From Saprospiraceae bacterium (lineage in GTDB: Bacteria; Bacteroidota; Bacteroidia; Chitinophagales; Saprospiraceae), in assembly GCA_036479115.1 (NCBI GenBank), contig JAZGFD010000085.1, positions 11,218-75,217 on the forward strand: a stretch of 64,000 nt of DNA, in the 5' to 3' direction. The position numbers and the translations under genes are program-made. Below, in pieces: positions 10,408 through 17,024 of this stretch (position 1 is its first letter; every line of letters starts with the position of its first letter). A model generated the notes under the pieces. It was not told the DNA's origin. It searched no databases and worked only from the letters and a program-made list of their open reading frames with translations.

Positions 10408-10752
10408 ATGGAAAAATTCGAAGATTTATACGTTTGGAAAAAGAGAGTTGTAATTGTCAAAGATGTTTTTCTTTTATTTGAAAAATCAAAAATATTCTCT
10501 GTCAGAAACCAAATTGAGTGAGTTGCTGTTTCTATCTCCACCAATATTGCAGAAGGATACGAATTAAGAATAGATAAGTAATTTGTCAAATTTCTATATA
10601 TAGCATAATGTTCTTGTGGAGAAGTCGGATCGCTACTACTTTTATCAATCAGACTCAAACACTTGGATAAAGGCCAAGGGAGGCCGCTTATTAATAAATG
10701 CACTAAATTGTCTTTCATGATTTTTAAATTTAATAAAGCAAGAATGAAATAA
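10408..10752 (+). pseudogene. Four-helix-bundle protein (23S rRNA intervening-sequence protein / Avd-like family) inactivated by three in-frame stop codons
   Basis: One frame reads MEKFEDLYVWKKRVVIVKDVFLLFEKSKIFSVRNQIE*VAVSISTNIAEGYELRIDK*FVKFLYIA*CSCGEV...KARMK*. It carries the family motifs FEDL.VW, AVSI..NIAEG and F..FLYIA. Stops are TGA at 10519, TAA at 10579 and TAA at 10606. There is no frameshift over 114 codons. Confidence 0.7.
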
Positions 10753-10796
10753 ACTCAATTAGGCTAAACTCGTAAAAACAGCTATTCTCGCTTTAT

Positions 10797-11176
10797 TTAC
10801 TTCCCTTTTTTTCCTTTTAACCTTCCTTCAGACCTCAGGCTATTAACAGGATTTGCTAAGGCTGCTGTCAACGCCTGAAAACCAATAGTTAACAGTGTAA
10901 TTGTTAGAGTTATGGTTCCTTCTATTGCATAAATCCACCATTGTATATTGATATGGAAAGCAAAGTTTTCTAACCATCATTTGATTCCAATATAGTAATG
11001 CGATATATTTCATCGCTATTTTCATGGAAAACATCGTAGGCAAATTCATTATTGACATACAACATTATCATCAATCACCCTGTAATGCCCAAAGCCAACC
11101 CGAATATATTGACCATTGAATTTCCCATATGGTCGTAAATATGCCTCCATGCTATTTTAAAATAATTGTTTATCAT
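10797..11176 (-). pseudogene. FtsX/MacB permease remnant with a massive internal deletion (N-terminal ~70 codons joined to C-terminal ~50 codons)
   Basis: Reverse strand from the ATG at 11176 reads MINNYFKIAWRHIYDHMGNSMVNIFGLALGITG*LMIMLYVNNEFAYDVFHENSDEIYRI. It then jumps to the last TM helix and tail, ...TITLTITLLTIGFQALTAALANPVNSLRSEGRLKGKKGK*. The normal LRSE stop has been lost. Confidence 0.65.
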
Positions 11177-11280
11177 GATGATAGGTTTTATTGTTTAAAA
11201 CGGGTAAATCAAATTAAGTCGGCAAATCAGCCAAAGCCAGTATTCTTTTTCCTATTTCATATATTTCTCCTAATTTCCTT

Positions 11281-11967
11281 TCACAAATACTGCTTCACCA
11301 GATTTTCCGTGACTACCTGTCCGTCCAACATTCTAATAATTCTATTCCCAAATTCTGCACAATACTGGGAGTGAGTTACCATAATTATAGTTGTACCATC
11401 TTCATTTAGCTGGGTAAGTGTACGCATGACTTCATCACCATTAGAGCTATCTAGGTTTCCCGTGGGCTCATCAGCTAGAATGAGTTTTGGTTTGTTTACA
11501 ATCGCTCTTGCTACTGCTACACGCTGCTGTTGTCCACCAGAAAGTTGTTGTGGAAAATGATTCCTTCTGTGCATAATATTCATGCTTTCTAGTAGTTCTT
11601 CTGTACGTATTTTACGTTGTGCGGAGGGCACTTTGGTATAGAGCATAGGCAACTCTACATTCTCAAAAACTGTGAGCTCATCTATGAGATTAAAACTCTG
11701 AAATACAAACCCTAGGTTGTGCTTTCTTATATCTGATCTTCCTCTTTCTGAGAGGTGGCCGATTTCCTGTTCTCCAAAAAAATACTCTCCCGATGTAGGA
11801 CTATCTATCATGCCTAACACATTAAGAAGGGTAGACTTTCCGCATCCTGATGGGCCCATTATGGATACAAATTCACCTTCCTTTATTTCGAGATTCACTT
11901 CATTGAGAGCCATTGTTTCTACTTCGTCAGATTGATAGATTTTGACAAGATTTTTAGTTATTATCAT
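11281..11967 (-). CDS. ABC transporter ATP-binding protein (MacB/LolD-type ATPase), paralog of 9601-10278
   Basis: Walker A GPSGCGKST, signature LSGGQQQRVAVARA, Walker [14 protein letters not shown]-loop VTHS. Confidence 0.92.
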   Translation of the reverse strand: MIITKNLVKIYQSDEVETMALNEVNLEIKEGEFVSIMGPSGCGKSTLLNVLGMIDSPTSGEYFFGEQEIGHLSERGRSDIRKHNLGFVFQSFNLIDELTVFENVELPMLYTKVPSAQRKIRTEELLESMNIMHRRNHFPQQLSGGQQQRVAVARAIVNKPKLILADEPTGNLDSSNGDEVMRTLTQLNEDGTTIIMVTHSQYCAEFGNRIIRMLDGQVVTENLVKQYL

Positions 11968-11991
11968 AGTATATAGTTTTTTATTTTTTTT

Positions 11992-12198
11992 TTAACAAAT
12001 GTTGCTGAATATGATGACTCCTATGGCCGCGGCTATTCCTACAGCTGCCGCCAATAAAGAGCTTACGATAATAGGTAGCCAGCTATAATGTGTGTTCTCA
12101 TCATTTGAGATGGTGGTAAGTCCAAGGCCCACTTTTTCTCTTTTTTGTAATAAAGAAAATTGATATCCAGATAATTTAAAATGACGTTTTTGCCTCAT
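11992..12198 (-). CDS. Small (68 aa) basic protein with one C-terminal TM helix, translationally coupled to the adaptor gene
   Basis: Its ATG overlaps the adaptor TGA (ATGA at 12195-12198). The C-terminus LPIIVSSLLAAAVGIAAAIGVIIFS is a clear hydrophobic helix. I recognise no family. Confidence 0.45.
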   Translation of the reverse strand: MRQKRHFKLSGYQFSLLQKREKVGLGLTTISNDENTHYSWLPIIVSSLLAAAVGIAAAIGVIIFSNIC

Positions 12199-13445
12199 TG
12201 TAATATCAATTCATCTTTATCACCATAATTTTCGTAGCTGCTTGTAATTACGATTTCCCCGGGAGTAAGTCCATCTAGTATTTCATAATAATTGGGATTT
12301 TGTCTCCCTACTCTTATTTCTCTTTTTCTTGCGATATTGGTAGTTGGATCTAGTACGTATACCCAATTGCCACCAGTAGTCTGATAGAAACTTCCACGTT
12401 GTACTATCAGGGCTTCTTCTTGTGCACTCAGCTCTAATTTGACTGATACAGTCTGCCCTCTTTTTATTCCTTCGGGAGCTTTTTTGGTAAATGACATATC
12501 GGCTTCAAATGTTCCATTGGTAACCTGGGGGAATATTTTTTGGATATACAGTTCATAGTTCTCTCCTGCAAAATTGAATGATCCTTTGAGTTGAGTATAA
12601 ATTCTACTAATGTAAAATTCATCTATACGTACTCTTATTTTAAATTTTGTGAGATCGTCTATCTGTGCGATTTGTGAGCCTTCTATGATAAGCTCACCCA
12701 GCTCAGCCCCGAGTCCTGATAACTGCCCATCTATTGGAGCTTTAATACTAAGATTATCTAAGCTTTGCTGTGCTATCTTAAGATTCCTTTGCATAAGATC
12801 TAGAGAGATTTCCATCTGTTTTTGTTGAATCTCTGATGACATTCTATCTTTTTCGATCAGGCCTGTTAACAGTTTTTTGCGTGCTAGTAGGCTTTCGTGC
12901 TCTGCTTTGGTTTCTGTATAATCCACATTTGATATTACGCCCTCTGCATATAGCTTCTTATTGCGTTGTAGTCGTGCTGTTACAATAGTAAGTTGGTAAT
13001 TTACATTGATGGCATTCTCTTGCATATTGAGACTCTGCTGCTCCATCATCAGACTCGTATTTCTGATTTGATTGATTTGAGACACTATATTGGCTTCTTG
13101 ATTGAGGTAATTGAGTTGAAGATCGGGGTTGCTGAGTCGCAGTATAGATTGTCCTGCCTTAACCATGGTGCCATCTTCTACAAACCGCTCTTCCACCCGA
13201 CCTCCTTCTATGGCTCCAAGTTGTACATTTCTGATGGGCAATACCACTCCAGTAACGGGTATAAAATCTTGAAAATTTCCTCGTTTTACAACATCTGTGA
13301 GTAACCTATCTTTCTGTACATTGAGCTTAGATGTGCCTCGTGAAATATAAAAACCATTTCCTATATAACTCAGTAATAACAGAGGAATGGCAATCATTAG
13401 AATTTTTTGCCAAGTCCACTTTTTCTTTTCTATTTTTCTATCCAT
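12195..13445 (-). CDS. HlyD/MacA-family periplasmic adaptor (efflux membrane fusion protein)
   Basis: N-terminal TM helix WQKILMIAIPLLLLSYIGNGF, a long coiled-coil region, then a barrel/MP domain. I place the start at the MDRKIEKKK methionine (13445). The track ORF start at 13517 lies inside a repeat element. Confidence 0.85.
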   Translation of the reverse strand: MDRKIEKKKWTWQKILMIAIPLLLLSYIGNGFYISRGTSKLNVQKDRLLTDVVKRGNFQDFIPVTGVVLPIRNVQLGAIEGGRVEERFVEDGTMVKAGQSILRLSNPDLQLNYLNQEANIVSQINQIRNTSLMMEQQSLNMQENAINVNYQLTIVTARLQRNKKLYAEGVISNVDYTETKAEHESLLARKKLLTGLIEKDRMSSEIQQKQMEISLDLMQRNLKIAQQSLDNLSIKAPIDGQLSGLGAELGELIIEGSQIAQIDDLTKFKIRVRIDEFYISRIYTQLKGSFNFAGENYELYIQKIFPQVTNGTFEADMSFTKKAPEGIKRGQTVSVKLELSAQEEALIVQRGSFYQTTGGNWVYVLDPTTNIARKREIRVGRQNPNYYEILDGLTPGEIVITSSYENYGDKDELILQ

Positions 13446-13463
13446 ATATAAGTTTAAGTTATT

Positions 13464-13623
13464 GTAACTACTCAGGTGGAGCCAATTTTGGTTTAAAACA
13501 AATTCCTTTTCGACCACATTTCAGCTTTTTTTTCGGCAGCACTCTGAGATGCTTCAAAAAATGATCTCTATCCGAAAAAAAATAACAATTTTTAATCTCA
13601 ATAGCGCCCACCTGAGCGGTTAC
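13464..13623 (+). mobile_element. Family-1 MITE-like element (subtype 1a)
   Basis: Runs from GTAACTACTCAGGTGGAGCCAATTTTGG to GCGCCCACCTGAGCGGTTAC, with terminal inverted repeats. It sits 19 bp upstream of the adaptor start codon. Confidence 0.8.
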
Positions 13624-13745
13624 AGTTTTTTCTATTAATAAACATTACTAACATTATATCTACAGCCATGCCAAAAACTACAAACGCTTAGTATCTGTGA
13701 TATACGCATATAGTTATTTTATATGTGTTAAATATATGTACGATT

Positions 13746-13773
13746 ATGAACACTAACTGTTCATAAATGAACA
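13746..13773. promoter_or_regulatory. Perfect inverted repeat ATGAACA-N5-TGTTCAT followed by a third ATGAACA half-site
   Basis: Read directly: atgaaca ctaac tgttcat aa atgaaca. It lies in the divergent spacer between the efflux operon and the toxin-antitoxin cassette. It is a candidate dimeric regulator binding site. Confidence 0.3.
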
Positions 13774-14140
13774 ATTTTGTTTGGCTTAGCTTGACTTGAA
13801 TTTGAAAATTGAATATTACACATTGTACGATATTTCCCAAATTTCAAATCGACAGTTTGGATTGCCCACTTATAGCTGATGTTTATCAGATACGGAGTAA
13901 CGCGGCATGAGTTATTACTTTCGGGGAATTGCGGTAAGTTTTTTTATGAATGGATTTTGTTCGATGGGATGCCGTTTGTCCTTAGCCTTTTTTGTGCATT
14001 TAGTCATTTACAAGAACAATAAAAATGGATAAAATAATTGCAGCAATAAGAAAACCCCAAGTTGAAATAGGTGTAATTCAATATGTGGATATATCTAAGT
14101 TTTGTCCATTTATTATTATTGTAAAATTAGGGGTAGATAA

Positions 14141-14190
14141 TTGACAATATCGCAAAATGGCGGTATATTTGTGACAATTGGCGCAAAATG
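14141..14190 (+). promoter_or_regulatory. Candidate promoter and operator of the Xre-RES operon
   Basis: TTGACA (14141-46), 17 nt, then TATATT (14164-69). The latter also fits the Bacteroidota -7 motif TAnnTTTG (TATATTTG). Two direct repeats, TGACAAT..CGCAAAATG at 14142-14159 and 14172-14190, are spaced ~30 bp apart, 36 bp upstream of the ATG. Confidence 0.45.
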
Positions 14191-14225
14191 ATGAAATTTT
14201 AGCCTTAATCAAAGAGTAACAAGAA

Positions 14226-14696
14226 ATGACAAAAAAATCCTATAAAAAAGATGACGATAAAAGTGACATTCGTACTCGTCTTGCTGAGCCTTTAGTAGCA
14301 TATAATGCCAGTACTGGCACATCATTCGATCCTTTAGAAATGATAAAGTCTACAAGGGCTGGTATCGAGATGTCAACAATTCTAGGGTTATCAAAAAAAC
14401 TTTTACTTACTACAACAGAATTATCGAAAATCCTACACATTTCCTTAAGAACATTGCAGAGGTATTCATCTTCTACGGTTTTAAATTCTGATATTTCGTC
14501 CAAAGCTTTGCAGTTAGAAAAGTTGCACAATTTTGGCTTTGATGTATTTGGTGATTCAACTTCTTTTGGAGAGTGGTTACATATCAAGGTGCCAGCTTTG
14601 GGAGGTGAGCGCCCTCTTGATTATTTGGATACTCCATTTGGTTTCCTTCTTATAGAGCAGATGTTAGGTCGCATTGAGCACGGCATTTTTGCATAA
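14226..14696 (+). CDS. Xre-family antitoxin with C-terminal DUF2384/MbcA-ParS-type domain
   Basis: HTH segment ELSKILHISLRTLQRY. C-terminal FGEWLHIKVPALGGERPLDYLDTPFGFLLIEQMLGRIEHGIFA is typical of antitoxins paired with RES toxins. It sits 12-18 bp upstream of the RES gene. Confidence 0.8.
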   Translation: MTKKSYKKDDDKSDIRTRLAEPLVAYNASTGTSFDPLEMIKSTRAGIEMSTILGLSKKLLLTTTELSKILHISLRTLQRYSSSTVLNSDISSKALQLEKLHNFGFDVFGDSTSFGEWLHIKVPALGGERPLDYLDTPFGFLLIEQMLGRIEHGIFA

Positions 14697-14714
14697 TGAT
14701 CTACAGTATTGTCT

Positions 14715-15176
14715 ATGAATGTTTTTAGAATTTCCAGATCAAAATACATTGAGGATTTATCAGGATATGGTGCCAAAATCTATGGTGGTAGATGGAATCG
14801 GCCCGGTGTACCAGTCCTGTATACAAGTCAGGCAAGGTCACTGGCAATGCTCGAATTAATAGTTCATTTTACTTCAAAAGAGGCTTTTCGACGGCAATAT
14901 AAATTTGCATGTCTGTGGATAGATCCCAAATTTATTGTTGATGTAGAAGAAGATATTCATTCGGTGGATTTACGACTCCCCAACAATGAACATTTATGGA
15001 AAATAACTGACAAGTTCTTTATCGATAAAAAAGAATTATGTATAAAAGTGCCGAGTGTATTAATCCCTAATGAGTTCAATTATTTAATCAATCCGATTCA
15101 TCCTTATTTTCAAAATGTGAAACTTCAAGGATTAGAAAATGCTATTGTTGATAAGAGGTATTTTGCGGTTAATTAA
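14715..15176 (+). CDS. RES-domain toxin (MbcT/ParT-like NAD+-targeting enzyme family)
   Basis: GGRWNRPGVPVLYTS supplies the R, SLAMLE the E, and KVPSVLIPNEFNYLINP the S of the RES signature. The start is taken at the ATG at 14715; the track ORF begins at a TTG at 14709. Confidence 0.8.
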   Translation: MNVFRISRSKYIEDLSGYGAKIYGGRWNRPGVPVLYTSQARSLAMLELIVHFTSKEAFRRQYKFACLWIDPKFIVDVEEDIHSVDLRLPNNEHLWKITDKFFIDKKELCIKVPSVLIPNEFNYLINPIHPYFQNVKLQGLENAIVDKRYFAVN

Positions 15177-15182
15177 TAAACA

Positions 15183-15340
15183 GTAACTACTCAAGTGGAG
15201 TCAATTTTGGATAAAAAAATATTTTTTCTACTATTTTTCACCTATTTTTTTTACAATAGCTCTGCTATGCCATAAAAATGAGCTTTATCTGGCAAAATAA
15301 TAACAAATTTTTATCGCAAAAGCGATCACCTGTGTATTAC
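15183..15340 (+). mobile_element. Family-1 MITE-like element (subtype 1a) with 8-bp duplication AATAAACA
   Basis: Termini GTAACTACTCAAGTGGAG and GATCACCTGTGTATTAC. AATAAACA occurs at 15175-82 and again at 15342-49. Confidence 0.8.
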
Positions 15341-15366
15341 CAATAAACATTTGGAATTAAATTTGT

Positions 15367-15607
15367 GGTAAATATTCAGATAGTTTCAAATTAGGCTAAG
15401 AAAAAATGCTCTTATATCACTATACTATGTCAAAGTATGTCTGAAATTGAATATGTGGCACCATAATCGAGATTCACTAACACATATAATGAGTTGGTAA
15501 TAGCGCTGCTATGAATACAAAAAAAAATATGTCAAGCAATAAGATAGCAATTTTTTACCTTCCTGTTTGGCAGACAGATTTCAAAAGCACACCACCGAAG
15601 TAGTTAC
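15367..15607 (+). mobile_element. Family-1 MITE-like element (subtype 1b) carrying one 55-bp module
   Basis: Degenerate left end GTAAATATTCAGATAGTTTCAAATTAGG. Right end GCACACCACCGAAGTAGTTAC. The interior is collinear with the copies at 42983 and 46859. Confidence 0.7.
15444..15498 (+). repeat. 55-bp module (single copy) inside a family-1b element
   Basis: AAATTGAATATGTGGCACCATAATCGAGATTCACTAACACATATAATGAGTTGGT matches the consensus AAATCGAAGATGTGGCGACAYAATCGAGATTCACTAACCAATAA. Confidence 0.7.
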
Positions 15608-15639
15608 AATTTGTGAAAACCTAAAATGAACATTGGGCA

Positions 15640-17019
15640 ATGAAAACCGAAGGAACAATACTAATAGTAGATGATGATGAAGACATTTCGTTTTCGTTAA
15701 AGTTATTATTAGACCAACATTTCTCATCCGTATTCACTGAAAATAACCCTTATCATATACCAAGATTACTGAGGCAGTATTCCCCTGATGTCATTCTGTT
15801 GGATATGAATTTCAAAAAAGGAAACACTGATGGAGAAGAAGGAATTCATTGGCTAAAAAAAATAAGAGAGCTGGATTCTACAGTGCAAGTACTCATGATC
15901 ACTGCCTATAGTGAAGTGGAAGTAGCAGTAAAAACATTAAAATTTGGGGCAGCGGATTTTTTAGAAAAACCTTGGAGAAATGAAAAACTACTGGCTACAG
16001 TTAAAAGTGCATTCACCATTACAAAATCTCTGGCTCAGGTAGACGAATTAGAGTCCCATAAAAAGGTGCTCGCTATGGCTTTGGATGAACCTTTTGCACG
16101 AATTATTGGGACATCTTCCGAGATGGATAAAATCTATAACACTATCTCAAAAGTGGCTAATACCGATGCTCATGTCCTGATTATGGGAGAAAATGGATCG
16201 GGTAAAGAATTGGTGGCCAGAGCCATACATCGCCAATCAAAAAGACACAAAGAGGTATTCATTCCTATCGACTTGGGAGCGATACCTGAGTCTCTGTTCG
16301 AATCAGAATTATTTGGTCATAAAAAAGGAGCATTTACTGATGCGTACGAAGACCGGATAGGAAGATTTGAAGTGTCACATAAGGGCACTATTTTTTTGGA
16401 TGAAATAGGTAATCTATCCACGGGGATGCAAGCAAAATTACTGCAAGTTTTACAAAATAAAGTGATTTATAGAATAGGTGACCCTTCTCCCATCCAGGTG
16501 AACATAAGAGTAATATGTGCCACTAATATGCCACTATACCAGATGGTAGAAGACAAGACATTCCGCCAAGACTTACTCTATAGGATCAATACAATAGAAA
16601 TCAATGTACCTCCCCTGAGAGTAAGAAAAGGCGATTTACCCCTGCTGTGCGATCATTTTTTATCACAATTAAAAAAGAACTACAATCGCCCCGATTTGAC
16701 TATCAATTCTGATAGTTATAAGGCTATGGAGTCTTATGGGTGGCCTGGCAATGTGAGAGAACTCCGACATTTACTAGAAAGAGCCATGATATTATCTGAC
16801 GGAGACGAGATAAAGCCAGAGGGTTTTATTCCTTCCAGAATAAATGGAGATTCTTCTTCAGAATCTTTAAATCTTGACGCACTAGAAAAAAAATATATCC
16901 TCAAAGCATTAGAGATAAATAGGGGAAATATAACTAAAGCATCACGTGACTTAGGCATTACCAGAGCTGCTTTGTACAGAAGATTAGAAAAATATGGCAT
17001 TAACCAAAATGAAGAATAA
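15640..17019 (+). CDS. Sigma-54-dependent response regulator (NtrC/AtoC family: receiver + AAA+ + Fis-type HTH)
   Basis: Receiver domain with DVILLDMNF. Walker A GENGSGKE. GAFTDA (GAFTGA variant), ESELFGH and R-finger region. C-terminal HTH ASRDLGITRAALYRRLEKYG. Confidence 0.9.
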   Translation: MKTEGTILIVDDDEDISFSLKLLLDQHFSSVFTENNPYHIPRLLRQYSPDVILLDMNFKKGNTDGEEGIHWLKKIRELDSTVQVLMITAYSEVEVAVKTLKFGAADFLEKPWRNEKLLATVKSAFTITKSLAQVDELESHKKVLAMALDEPFARIIGTSSEMDKIYNTISKVANTDAHVLIMGENGSGKELVARAIHRQSKRHKEVFIPIDLGAIPESLFESELFGHKKGAFTDAYEDRIGRFEVSHKGTIFLDEIGNLSTGMQAKLLQVLQNKVIYRIGDPSPIQVNIRVICATNMPLYQMVEDKTFRQDLLYRINTIEINVPPLRVRKGDLPLLCDHFLSQLKKNYNRPDLTINSDSYKAMESYGWPGNVRELRHLLERAMILSDGDEIKPEGFIPSRINGDSSSESLNLDALEKKYILKALEINRGNITKASRDLGITRAALYRRLEKYGINQNEE

Positions 17020-17024
17020 TAGAA

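Noticed and set aside
10275-10718. 147-aa minus-strand ORF between the two ATPase genes
   Set aside because: Its sequence is low-complexity with a repeated PFHL motif, which comes from the 27-bp purine repeat. The opposite strand reproduces a complete four-helix-bundle protein apart from three stops. I therefore treat it as a shadow ORF.
10408-10752. Alternative genetic code or programmed read-through to explain the in-frame TGA/TAA codons
   Set aside because: TGA and TAA act as normal terminators for adjacent, well-conserved genes in this window: TAA for the ATPase at 9601 and TGA for the adaptor at 12195. Simple pseudogenisation is more parsimonious.
13658-13674. Sigma-54 promoter for the efflux operon (minus strand TTGGCATGGCTGTAGATA)
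   Set aside because: The -24 TGGCA element fits. The -12 element reads TAGA instead of TTGC, so the conserved GC is not intact. This is too weak to call without a matrix scan.
15567-15582. Sigma-54-like TGGCAG-N5-TTTC upstream of the response regulator gene
   Set aside because: It lies inside a small hairpin insertion of a family-1b element, and a similar insertion is present at 51200-51225. The match is therefore most likely incidental to the repeat.
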